64,000 nt of DNA from an uncultured bacterium (GTDB lineage: Bacteria > Chloroflexota > UBA5177 > JANWHV01). The position numbers were made by a program, and so were the translations under genes. The DNA is taken from the NCBI GenBank assembly GCA_963729625.1, contig CAVSOU010000007.1:608001-672000 (forward strand). Reading direction: 5' to 3'. Shown here one piece after another: positions 10,748 to 19,363 of this stretch; position 1 is the stretch's first letter; each line of letters begins with the position of its first letter. Below the pieces are notes generated by a model. It saw nothing but the letters and a program-made list of their open reading frames with translations. It was not told the origin of the DNA and did not search any database.

Positions 10748-10988
10748 GGTGCTTCTCCTTCTCACAATAGGCGGCAAGGATTCGTCTCCGTCCCTCGCCT
10801 CGACGTCATCCACGGTGCGCCGGTCGAGCGGATTCCCTGATAGTGACCCGGCGGTCTCCGCCGGTCGGATCCTGGCCGATAGCGGCCTCGTTCTTGCTCA
10901 CGTGCACGCACCAAAGAGGCAGTGATCCGCGCGCGTACATGTCACGCGTCGTCCTGTACGAGTATCGTGCCCTTCCACGGCGCGGCGC

Positions 10989-11004
10989 TGTGACTTGCAT
11001 CACA
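10989..11004. promoter_or_regulatory. Crp/HcpR-type binding site
   Basis: TGTGA-cttgca-TCACA, a perfect CRP-family palindrome between divergent hcp and the Crp/Fnr gene. Confidence 0.8.
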
Positions 11005-11209
11005 ATTCAGCCCTATCCGCCCGCCGATTTGTCGAGGGAGCCACCTGCCGCCGCGACCGCTCCAGGCGCGTAGTCAGACTCTCTGACACATACAGAACGG
11101 CAGAAGTCCCGAGCATGTGCTATTCTGGCATTCTATTGGAGTGACAGTGGCCGACCAGTGCACGATATCCGCGCATAGTACGGGCAATGCCCAATGGAAA
11201 GCACATGCC

Positions 11210-11956
11210 ATGACCCCGAAGTCAACCAACGATCTCCGGCTGCGCTACCTGCGCGCCGTGCCCTACTTCGCGGGACTCACTGGGCCTGAGCTCCGGGCAC
11301 TGGCGGCGCAGTGCAGCTCGCGGACGTTCGATGCGGGTGAATCCATCTTGCTGGAAGGGGAGGCCACGGAGGGGCTTTACGTCGTTCTCTCAGGAAAAGT
11401 GCGCGTGTTCAAGAGCTCGCCGGAGGGGCGCGAGCAAGTCCTGATCGTGGTGGCGCCAGGCGAGACATTTAACGATGTTCCAGTGTTTGACGACGGACCC
11501 AGCCCTGCCAGTGCCGACGCCCTGGGATCGGGCACCGGAGTGTGCCTGGTGCCCAGATCGGTAGTAGCGCACCTGCTGGCGACAAATTCGGTAGTTGCTG
11601 TGAGCGTCGCCAAGGCACTTGCCTCGCGGCTGCGCCATCTGACCGTGTTGGTTGAGGATCTCTCGCTGCGGCAAATCATTCAGCGCGTTGCGCGGCTGCT
11701 GCTGGAGGAATCGGCGAGCGGATCGGGCTCGATTCAACTCACACATCAAGAAATGGCCGCGCGCGTCGGCACCGCGCGCGAGGTCGTCAGCCGCGCCCTG
11801 CGCGAGCTCGAGAGTCGCGGCGCCATTTCACGCGACGATTCCCGTGCCATCCGGGTCAATTCTCCCAGATTGGAGGCTCTCCTCCATCAAGTCCCGGAAA
11901 GGGAAGATGACCAGCTACCGGCGGGCCAGCGAGATTACACAACACGCTCGCTATAA
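11210..11956 (+). CDS. Crp/Fnr-family transcriptional regulator (HcpR/DNR-like)
   Basis: cNMP-binding fold (GLYVVLSGKVRVFKSSPEGREQVL) plus HTH LTHQEMAARVGTAREVVSRAL; lacks an FNR Cys cluster; divergent from hcp. Confidence 0.92.
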   Translation: MTPKSTNDLRLRYLRAVPYFAGLTGPELRALAAQCSSRTFDAGESILLEGEATEGLYVVLSGKVRVFKSSPEGREQVLIVVAPGETFNDVPVFDDGPSPASADALGSGTGVCLVPRSVVAHLLATNSVVAVSVAKALASRLRHLTVLVEDLSLRQIIQRVARLLLEESASGSGSIQLTHQEMAARVGTAREVVSRALRELESRGAISRDDSRAIRVNSPRLEALLHQVPEREDDQLPAGQRDYTTRSL

Positions 11957-12432
11957 TCCTGCTCGATCTTGTTGAGCAGGCCTCGGACACGCGGGCTGCC
12001 CAGGTACATGTACACGTAGCTAAGCAGTTGCTCCGTCTCAATCGGCTTTGTGAGGTACTCGTTGGCGTGAGCCAGCCTCGCCTTGACCCTGGGAATGAGC
12101 CCCTTGGACGTGGTAAGCACGATAATCGGCGTGCCCTTGAGAATGCTCGTCTTCAGCTGCCGGCATACTTGCAAGCCACTGATCTTCCTGCCGAGCTTTG
12201 GCTTGCCGTGCTTATCCACGTCGCCGGTCGGCGGCCGCTCAAGGTTGACCTCCAGCAGGATCAACTTCGGCCGCTTGGTGAAGGCCACGGCAAGCGCGTC
12301 CCGAGCGTTAATCGCCCAGTACAGTTCATATTCATCTGCCAGGGCAAGGCGGAGATGGCGGCGGTGTGTCTTCGACGCTTCAACGACAAGGATGCTCGGT
12401 CGCTCGAGGTCTGTTCCAGCCATGTTCGTCAT
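11935..12432 (-). CDS. Single-domain response regulator receiver (atypical)
   Basis: ILVVEAS, PKLILLEVNL, SGLQVCRQLK, PIIVLT, YLTKP; GGAGG RBS. Confidence 0.85.
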   Translation of the reverse strand: MTNMAGTDLERPSILVVEASKTHRRHLRLALADEYELYWAINARDALAVAFTKRPKLILLEVNLERPPTGDVDKHGKPKLGRKISGLQVCRQLKTSILKGTPIIVLTTSKGLIPRVKARLAHANEYLTKPIETEQLLSYVYMYLGSPRVRGLLNKIEQDYSERVV

Positions 12433-12671
12433 TCTCGATGCCTCCCAGAGCCTGAAGGAATAGGGATTATGCCGCGCTCACACGATGCATTATGTGTGGC
12501 TTGCCACCTCCTTCCACCATAGCACAGTTCAGGTGAATGGCGCGCACCCGCCTTCACGCGGAATTGCCTCGGGCGAGGCGCGCGTCGCGGCCCTGGGGGG
12601 TACGAGAACGCCGTGCAATCGGGCCCTGGTAGCCGCCAGATGGGCAATCTACTATGATGCAAGCCGAAGTA

Positions 12672-13382
12672 CTATGTGCGCCGATCCAGCTCTCGACGCA
12701 GGCGCTCGATCTCGACCTCAGCCCGCCGGAGCGCCTCCGCTTCAGCTCGGTGCGCCTGCGCCTCCTGCTCAGGTGTCAGCAGCAGCCGGCCGTCTGCCGT
12801 CTGAGCCTGCAACATGTTGTCGAGAACCGCCAGACGGAGACCCAGGACACCGCTCCACAAGCTGCCGTCCTCCGCGACTTGCCAGGGCACAAACCGCCCG
12901 CCCTCGCCGCGCTGAAAGCCGGCAATGGACGAGACGCCCCTGGTCCGTGGCGTGAACAGCAGATACTCGCGAGCGCCAAGCAAGTCGTACGCTCGCACTT
13001 TCTCTTCCCTGTCCCGCCTGATGCTCGAGGGCGAGACCACCTCCAGCACGAACGCGGGAAAAACGCCTTCCCTGGTCACGTCGAAGGATGCGCGCGTGCG
13101 CTCCGGTACGAAAGCCACGAAGGTGTCGGGAGCCAGTTGCTTCTTGCGCTTGGACGTACCCCACGTGTAGCGAATCGGCAGCATAGCGGCCACGTACCAG
13201 GGCAGGTGGTGCGCGTGCGCGTGTGTTCGCAAGCTGTGCGCAAAACTGCTGGCCGACCAAAACTGCGTGTCACCCATTATCATCCAGGGTGCATCCTCGG
13301 TGTCGTCCTCCAGCAGAAGCATGAACAGCTCATCTTCTTGTGCCTTCGTCAGAGGTGGCTCCCGCCACGGTGCCGCCGACAT
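12672..13382 (-). CDS. Uma2/DUF820-family endonuclease
   Basis: LAPDTFV...PAFVLEVVSPSS...DREEKVRAY...GAREYLLF; C-terminal coiled tail; AGGAG RBS. Confidence 0.9.
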   Translation of the reverse strand: MSAAPWREPPLTKAQEDELFMLLLEDDTEDAPWMIMGDTQFWSASSFAHSLRTHAHAHHLPWYVAAMLPIRYTWGTSKRKKQLAPDTFVAFVPERTRASFDVTREGVFPAFVLEVVSPSSIRRDREEKVRAYDLLGAREYLLFTPRTRGVSSIAGFQRGEGGRFVPWQVAEDGSLWSGVLGLRLAVLDNMLQAQTADGRLLLTPEQEAQAHRAEAEALRRAEVEIERLRRELDRRT

Positions 13383-13584
13383 CGCAACTCCTCCCAGGAT
13401 ATGGTCCGTCGAATCGAGTATACCATTGTCATCATTCTGTCATTTCAGTGTATTAGCATGGACGTGTGGCGGGCGCTCAGGCTCCGGCCGGTGCTTTGAT
13501 CTGCTGGGCAGTGCGCGCGTTTTCAGGGAATTCCGTCGATCTCATCGGCGCGATCGCCGGGCAGGCAAGGGAGGGATTGGTTAC

Positions 13585-13995
13585 GTGCAACAGTTGGCTT
13601 CATTTGCGTCGTCCCTTTTCACTCGAATCACGCACTGGCTCGTAATTCGGAACGGTGCGCGTTATGTCCTTGCCGGTACGGTTGGCCTGGCCGCTCTGGG
13701 CGCGGTTGTCTCCAGCCAGGCCGCGCCCAGCCCGACGTCCACACCGTCCGCCTTGCACGTGAGCGGTGTCAGCAACAATCATGACGGTTGGTATGGCGGG
13801 CATCACCGCCACCACTTCGGCGGATACTATTTCGGACGGCACCACGGTTTTGACAGCACGTGGCCCAACGCGTCCGGCAGCGGGGGGAACGGCTACGTGT
13901 ATCAGGGCCGGTACGGCTACACGTACCAGGGCCAGAACGGCTATGTGTACCAGGGCCAGGGCGGCAACTTCGCTCAAGGTGGCAGTGGCTACTGA
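13585..13995 (+). CDS. Small secreted Gly/Tyr/His-rich low-complexity protein
   Basis: GTG after GGGAGGG RBS; hydrophobic signal-like segment ending SQA; His-rich patch; 3 x (N/Y)GYxYQGx repeats. Confidence 0.6.
   Translation: MQQLASFASSLFTRITHWLVIRNGARYVLAGTVGLAALGAVVSSQAAPSPTSTPSALHVSGVSNNHDGWYGGHHRHHFGGYYFGRHHGFDSTWPNASGSGGNGYVYQGRYGYTYQGQNGYVYQGQGGNFAQGGSGY
13888..13959 (+). repeat. Three tandem 24-bp coding repeats
   Basis: AACGGCTACGTGTATCAGGGCCGG / TACGGCTACACGTACCAGGGCCAG / AACGGCTATGTGTACCAGGGCCAG. Confidence 0.85.
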
Positions 13996-14289
13996 TCAGG
14001 CCAGCGAATCGGCGTTGGCAGCCCGGTCGACTCTGCTCGCACTATCGACCTGATCCCGTCTTGACTGCTTTGCTCGTTACGCGGCGGTATCCCGTGGCGT
14101 GCCGGTTCCTTGCCGCGGCGGTAGCCATTCGCGAGCAGTTCACGTCCGAACCGAGGATAGCGGGCGCGCGGTTTTAGAGGGTACTCGAGCGCGCATATCG
14201 GCGACGATGGGGTCTGCTCGCCGAGCTGTCGCTCGCACGGGCTCAACGCGGGGTACTGGTCAAGCGAGATGGTGACGCCGAGGCGCCGA

Positions 14290-15177
14290 CTAGGCGATCG
14301 CGTGTTCCGGCGCCGCGAAGCGCGTCAACAGCGGGCGATGATCGGAAGCGGTCACCGCCGCGGGCAGATCCACGACCTCGCACGATAGCAGCCACGTGCG
14401 CAGAACGGCAGGGGCAAACACGTAGTCGATGCGAATTGCCGGATCCGGCGCAGGAAAGGTATGACCAGGCTCATCGGGATGCAGGTAACGGAAGCAATCG
14501 ATATATCCCGCGTCGAGCACTTGCCGGACCAAGTGCCGTGGCAGCAGCGTTTCACCGGTGAACAGACCGCTCCGCGCGCCGCGATCCAGCAGAGCGCCGA
14601 TTGTCATTTGCCGCACTCTGCGCGGCGCGCCAATCTCGGCCCCGGCCATGCGATTGGCGTAGTGTGCCGTCAGGTTCTTGAATATGATGGTATCGCCCGG
14701 CGCCAGCGAATTGCAGTCGCCAAACATGAGGTGCGGGGTGGTCGCGCGGGGACCAATGCTCTGAAGAATGGCATCCATCTCTCGCAGCCGTCGCCGCTCG
14801 CCGCCGATTGTGGCCGTGGCATTGAGGTGAATGACGAACAGCGTGAAATCAGTTTGGCCGGGTAGACGCACCTGCACCTCGAGCAAGGTCTTGCGCAGGA
14901 TCCCCGGATGCGGGTGGTTGCGGCTGCGGACGATCGGGAAGCGGCTGAGAAACGCCACGTGGTGAATTGTGTTCGCCACCCCGAACACGTAGCCCATGCC
15001 AAGTGCGTCGGCCAGGCGCGCGACCGCAAGCTCGTCGTCGGCTTCCTGTATGCCCAGGAGATCCGGGCGTACGTCTCGCACCACGCTGGTGATCGGCTCC
15101 ATGCGCCCCGCGCCGCCCAAAAAGATGTTGTAAGACATCAGCGAGAAGCTGGCCGGCCGATCTGCGAGGTTTGTCAC
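14290..15177 (-). CDS. Endonuclease/exonuclease/phosphatase family protein
   Basis: MSYNI, DLLGIQE, IHL, GDCN, RIDYVF, SDHRP motifs. Confidence 0.92.
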   Translation of the reverse strand: MTNLADRPASFSLMSYNIFLGGAGRMEPITSVVRDVRPDLLGIQEADDELAVARLADALGMGYVFGVANTIHHVAFLSRFPIVRSRNHPHPGILRKTLLEVQVRLPGQTDFTLFVIHLNATATIGGERRRLREMDAILQSIGPRATTPHLMFGDCNSLAPGDTIIFKNLTAHYANRMAGAEIGAPRRVRQMTIGALLDRGARSGLFTGETLLPRHLVRQVLDAGYIDCFRYLHPDEPGHTFPAPDPAIRIDYVFAPAVLRTWLLSCEVVDLPAAVTASDHRPLLTRFAAPEHAIA

Positions 15178-15237
15178 GGACTACCTAGAGGCGTTGCGCC
15201 CGGCGAGAGGCATGGCCAAGCGAAGAAGAAAATGGGG

Positions 15238-15310
15238 CAGGGGCGGCAGGATTCGAACCCGCAACCGACGGTTTTGGAGACCGTTGCACTGCCAATTGTG
15301 CTACACCCCT
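15238..15310 (-). tRNA. tRNA-Trp (CCA)
   Basis: AGGGGTG acceptor stem; ACGGT-CT-CCA-AA-ACCGT anticodon arm; GGTTCGAATCC T-loop; 73 nt. Confidence 0.95.
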
Positions 15311-15316
15311 GTGCGG

Positions 15317-15389
15317 TGGAGCTGAGGGGACTCGAACCCCTGACCCCTGCGATGCGAACGCAATGCTCTCCCAACTGAGCTACAGCCCC
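15317..15389 (-). tRNA. tRNA-Ala (CGC)
   Basis: GGGGCTG...CAGCTCCA with G3:U70; anticodon loop TT-CGC-AT; GGTTCGAGTCC; 73 nt. Confidence 0.95.
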
Positions 15390-15399
15390 GCGCCACAGT

Positions 15400-15427
15400 A
15401 GTATACCGCACCTCGCCAAACCGTCAA
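15400..15427 (-). promoter_or_regulatory. Sigma70-type promoter for the tRNA pair
   Basis: TTGACG-16 bp-TATACT ending 10 nt upstream of tRNA-Ala. Confidence 0.7.
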
Positions 15428-15591
15428 TGGCGTGCTTCTAAGGGCCGGCGCGCCGCACCACATCGCCCGAGCCATTCAATTAATACATTAACTCTATTGA
15501 ATTACTAGACAAGAATGGAGTACCCTGGAGTTGCACCACCTGACTGTGGGTGGAGGTCATGAATGGAAGCAGCTGAGAGGACGTAGAAGCG

Positions 15592-16080
15592 ATGAGTGTT
15601 GCCGACGAGCTGGTGCATGCCAACAATGCGTATGCCGCCTCATTCACCAAAGGCAACCTGCCGATACCACCGGGAAAACACGTGGCTATCGTCGCCTGCA
15701 TGGACGCCAGGCTCGATCCCGCGCGGGCCCTCGGACTGCAAGAGGGCGACGCCCACGTCATTCGCAATGCCGGCGGATGCGCGGCCGACGCTATCCGCTC
15801 GCTCGTTATCTCGCAGCAGTTGCTGGGCACCCGCGAGGTCATGATCGTGCATCATACAGACTGCGGCATGCTCACCTTTACCGACGAGCAGTTGAAGAAT
15901 CAGGTAGAAAAGAACCTGGGCGCGCGCCCTTCGACACCGTTTCACGCGTTTGCTGACCTGGATCAGAGCGTTCGTGACGACGTGGAAGAGGTCAGGTCAT
16001 CGCCATACTTGATCAAGGACATTACCGTACGCGGCTTCATCTACGATGTGAAGACGGGTCGCGTGCGCGAGGTGGTGTAA
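15592..16080 (+). CDS. Beta-class carbonic anhydrase (short clade D / Rv1284-like)
   Basis: ACMDARLD, IRNAGG, HHTDCGM zinc motifs; 162 aa. Confidence 0.95.
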   Translation: MSVADELVHANNAYAASFTKGNLPIPPGKHVAIVACMDARLDPARALGLQEGDAHVIRNAGGCAADAIRSLVISQQLLGTREVMIVHHTDCGMLTFTDEQLKNQVEKNLGARPSTPFHAFADLDQSVRDDVEEVRSSPYLIKDITVRGFIYDVKTGRVREVV

Positions 16081-16165
16081 AACCAGAATGCTCGCTTTCC
16101 CGACGAGCACCGCCGACTGCCCTGGCTCGGCGGGCTCGCGGGCGCGGTTCGCCAAGCACCGTCCT

Positions 16166-16657
16166 CTACACGTGGCCCGGCGGCCATGTCCCCATCACCT
16201 GGCGAAGCAGGCCGAACTCGCCCAAGTGGTAAGCGTTGTGGTCCGCCACCAGCAGAAACTCGCGCAGCTGCGTCTGCCCCGTACCCCAAGCGATCCGCTG
16301 CGCGAGATCCAGGGCAGGGTCCTGAACCATCGTCTCCAACGTCGCGCGGTCGGCGCGGAAGAGGTCGATCGTCTGCTGCCACTGCTCCGGCGTGGCCGTA
16401 GCACCCAGCGCCGGCCAGTAGTCCTGCGGCCAGCGGCGCTCGCGGTATCCAGCGTTGGTCATGAAGTCCAGAATGTCCAGCTGCGACAGCCGGATGTGCT
16501 CCAGCAGATGCCAGGGGCTATAGGCGCCATTGGGAATGCTCGTATTGATGCTCTCCATGGGAAACTCGGCCACCGCTTGCTCGAACGTCATGTAGGCACT
16601 GCCGCCGCGCAGGAGCTCCAGCACTCGTCCTCTCACCGCTTGGTCGTCGATCATCAT
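16166..16657 (-). CDS. DinB-family protein
   Basis: YSPWHLLEHIR, WPQDYWP, LREFLLVADHNAYHLGE. Confidence 0.88.
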   Translation of the reverse strand: MMIDDQAVRGRVLELLRGGSAYMTFEQAVAEFPMESINTSIPNGAYSPWHLLEHIRLSQLDILDFMTNAGYRERRWPQDYWPALGATATPEQWQQTIDLFRADRATLETMVQDPALDLAQRIAWGTGQTQLREFLLVADHNAYHLGEFGLLRQVMGTWPPGHV

Positions 16658-17169
16658 GTCTTCCGCTCCCTTGTCACACGATCCCAAACATGCGCTGCTG
16701 CTCCAACCACCTTCACGCCGATAGCCAGCTCCTTGCCACGGGGCTTCGAGCCGGCCGTGCCAGGCGCCGTGTTGCCTGTTGCCTCTGATGATGCCGCGCC
16801 CAACGAACTCATGCAAACGATCGCCTTACTCGAGGATCCCGCAGACTACCGGCAGATCCGCAGCCAGCACGGCGCCCTGCGAACGCCGGTGACCCGCTAG
16901 AGGAGCCCCTGCGCCCGACGATGATGTGAGGCGAGTGCCGATGATGCCGCAAGCGGTGGACAAGCCCGCTGCATCGGACTACAATTGGGGCCGCCGGGCG
17001 AGGAGGCGATAGCCCACGCCAGGCGCCAAGCGCGATTCCAGGCCTGTTTGAGAGTTTCATCCAGTGGTTTGCCTGGAGTTGATAGCGCCTCGACCGCTAG
17101 TCTGTGTGTGCGGATGGGATGAGTGTCTTCAACGACTACTGCCTAGGTCCGCAGATTCTGGAGGTCGAT

Positions 17170-18045
17170 ATGTCGGCCGAACAGCACAGCGTAAGCTGGA
17201 ACAAGGCGACTGTAGTCTACGTTCTCTTGATTCTTGCCGGCTGCGCGATGGTCGCGGCTCACGTCCTTGATGACCATATCCCCCTGGCAGCAGCGCCTCA
17301 ATCCGGGGGTCTGGCTTTCGACATGACGCCGCCCTATTGGCTGATCGTCGGTTGGGGGCTGTTCCTCCTGTTCTTCTTCGCCGTTTCGACGTATGAGACG
17401 GACTTCGAGAGCGGTGGTGGTAGCCGGGCATTCTTCCGACTGGCCGGCGGCGCCACGCTGCTCTATACCGTGCTCTTGGCACTGGGTGATTGGAGTGCGA
17501 TTGGCAGGGTATGTGCCCGCGGAGAGAGCCCAGACGACCTGGGCTTCGGACCTTCGTGCTATCCAGCCGATTGGGTGCATTGGACGGAGCTGCAGCTCCT
17601 GTTACACGTGGCGGTCTGTGTGCTGCTCATCATCGCCTTCCACTACGCTGCTCTGACCTGGAGGCAATTGCGAGTCCGCACCGTCGAAGATCGAACCCTG
17701 CAGCCCCCACCAAGCCCTGCTGACAGCGCAGTCCAACTCCTCGATGCGATGCACTGGCGACCTGAAACGCAGTGGCCGAATGGCAGCGACTCGCTTGAGG
17801 TCTCCCATCCCGACAGCCCCGCAGAGGCGCCAGGAACGACGCGCGACAGCTGGCTCGGGGAGTGGGCGCCATTTGCGCCCCTGCCGGCGGAATGCAGGGA
17901 AGCGAGCGCGAACTCAGCCATTGAGTGCACTACACAACAGCGCCCCCGGTTCCAGGACTGTCCTATCTGTGGAGAGTACGTTTTCCTGCAGGACGATGGC
18001 ACGTGCCCGGCATGCCACGGATCTTCTGCATACCATATTCCTTAG
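17170..18045 (+). CDS. Hypothetical membrane protein with C-terminal zinc ribbon
   Basis: GGAGG RBS; about four TM segments; C-terminal CPICGE...CPACHG. Confidence 0.65.
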   Translation: MSAEQHSVSWNKATVVYVLLILAGCAMVAAHVLDDHIPLAAAPQSGGLAFDMTPPYWLIVGWGLFLLFFFAVSTYETDFESGGGSRAFFRLAGGATLLYTVLLALGDWSAIGRVCARGESPDDLGFGPSCYPADWVHWTELQLLLHVAVCVLLIIAFHYAALTWRQLRVRTVEDRTLQPPPSPADSAVQLLDAMHWRPETQWPNGSDSLEVSHPDSPAEAPGTTRDSWLGEWAPFAPLPAECREASANSAIECTTQQRPRFQDCPICGEYVFLQDDGTCPACHGSSAYHIP

Positions 18046-18249
18046 AACCCCGCCACCGGCAAGAGCGTGCAGCCCACCAGACTCCTTCGCCTGAGACTGC
18101 CCCAAGTGTAGAATGAGCATTGACGCGGCTAATCCGCCTTGTGGCGATCCCGCGGGACCGCGCTGGGCAGCGAGGGCGTTCGAGAGGCCGCCAACATTCA
18201 GGGGTGGGCGACCCGACCATCGACGTGCATATGTGAAGGGGCGTGTGAG

Positions 18250-19185
18250 ATGACCGCGATGACCAAACGCGAGCGTGTGATGGCCGCGCTCAGAGGCGGC
18301 GAGTTCGACCGGCCGCCGATCGCCTTCTGGCACCACTTCCGTCCGCGCGGCTCCGCGCGTGCCCTGGCCGAGGCAACGCTCGACTTCTTCGGTGGCTTCG
18401 ACCTGGATATCTTCAAGGTGATGCCCGACCTCCCCTACCCGTTCCCCCGTGACAGCATCCACTCGGCGGACCAATGGCATTTGCTGGCGCCCCTGGCGTT
18501 GGACGCGGGCAACTTCGGACGACAGATCGAGACCGTGCGCCGTGTGCGCGCCGCGGCCGGTCCAGACGTGCCGGTAATCAGCACGCTATTCTCTCCGCTG
18601 ACAGAGGCGGTGGCGTTCGCCGGAATCGAGAACGTGCGCGCGCACATCCAGGAGGAACCTGCCACCTTGCATGGCGCTCTCGCGGTGATCGCGGACAACC
18701 TGGCGCGTCTTGGCCGCGCCCTGCTGGATGCCGGAGCCGACGGCATCTTCCTCTCGGTCCAGGGGATGGGGAACGGCCTCTTCACGCCGAGTCAATTCGC
18801 CGAGTTCGGCCGGCCCTACGACCTGATGCTGCTGAGCGCCTGGCGTGAGGGATGGCTCAACGTGCTTCATGCGCACGCCGAGTACGACCTGTTGATCGAC
18901 GAGCTCTTGCAGTATCCAGTGGCCGTGTGGAGCTGGAGCGACCGCTACACCGGCGTCTCGCTGCGGCATGTTCGTGGGCTGCTGCCACGAATGACGCTCA
19001 TGGGCGGCTTGCACGAGCGCGGCGCGATTGCTACGGGGCCGGTAGAGGCGATCGCGGCGGAGATGCGCGACGCGCTGGTACAGGCCGATCACGCGCGGCT
19101 GATCCTGGCTCCCGGCTGCTCCGTGCCCGACGATTGCCCGGACGAGTGGCTGCGGGCCGCGCGCGCCGCGGTGGATCCCGACTGA
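18250..19185 (+). CDS. Uroporphyrinogen decarboxylase-like (URO-D/MtaA) family protein
   Basis: TKRERVMAAL...DRPP...WHHF; AGADGIF; LILAPGCSVP. Confidence 0.88.
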   Translation: MTAMTKRERVMAALRGGEFDRPPIAFWHHFRPRGSARALAEATLDFFGGFDLDIFKVMPDLPYPFPRDSIHSADQWHLLAPLALDAGNFGRQIETVRRVRAAAGPDVPVISTLFSPLTEAVAFAGIENVRAHIQEEPATLHGALAVIADNLARLGRALLDAGADGIFLSVQGMGNGLFTPSQFAEFGRPYDLMLLSAWREGWLNVLHAHAEYDLLIDELLQYPVAVWSWSDRYTGVSLRHVRGLLPRMTLMGGLHERGAIATGPVEAIAAEMRDALVQADHARLILAPGCSVPDDCPDEWLRAARAAVDPD

Positions 19186-19363
19186 TGCGCGCGCACTGCG
19201 GCGCCTGGAGATGTCAGCTTTTCGGAGGCTTAGCGTAACCTTTACACAACGTTTACAGATCTGCAACACGGCAGCAACGCACGGTGCATACTATAGTGCA
19301 TAGAAGACTCACGATCTTCTATCGCCGTCTACCCAACGACCGGCGCGGTGCCGGAAGAAATGC

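Noticed and set aside
9431-10840. 469-aa ORF antisense to hcp, and similar long antisense ORFs elsewhere (e.g. 34818-36215, 31466-32584)
   Set aside because: Shadow ORFs expected from high-GC codon bias; no motifs
14000-14290. Possible structured ncRNA between convergent genes
   Set aside because: Only GC-rich imperfect stems; no recognisable family motif
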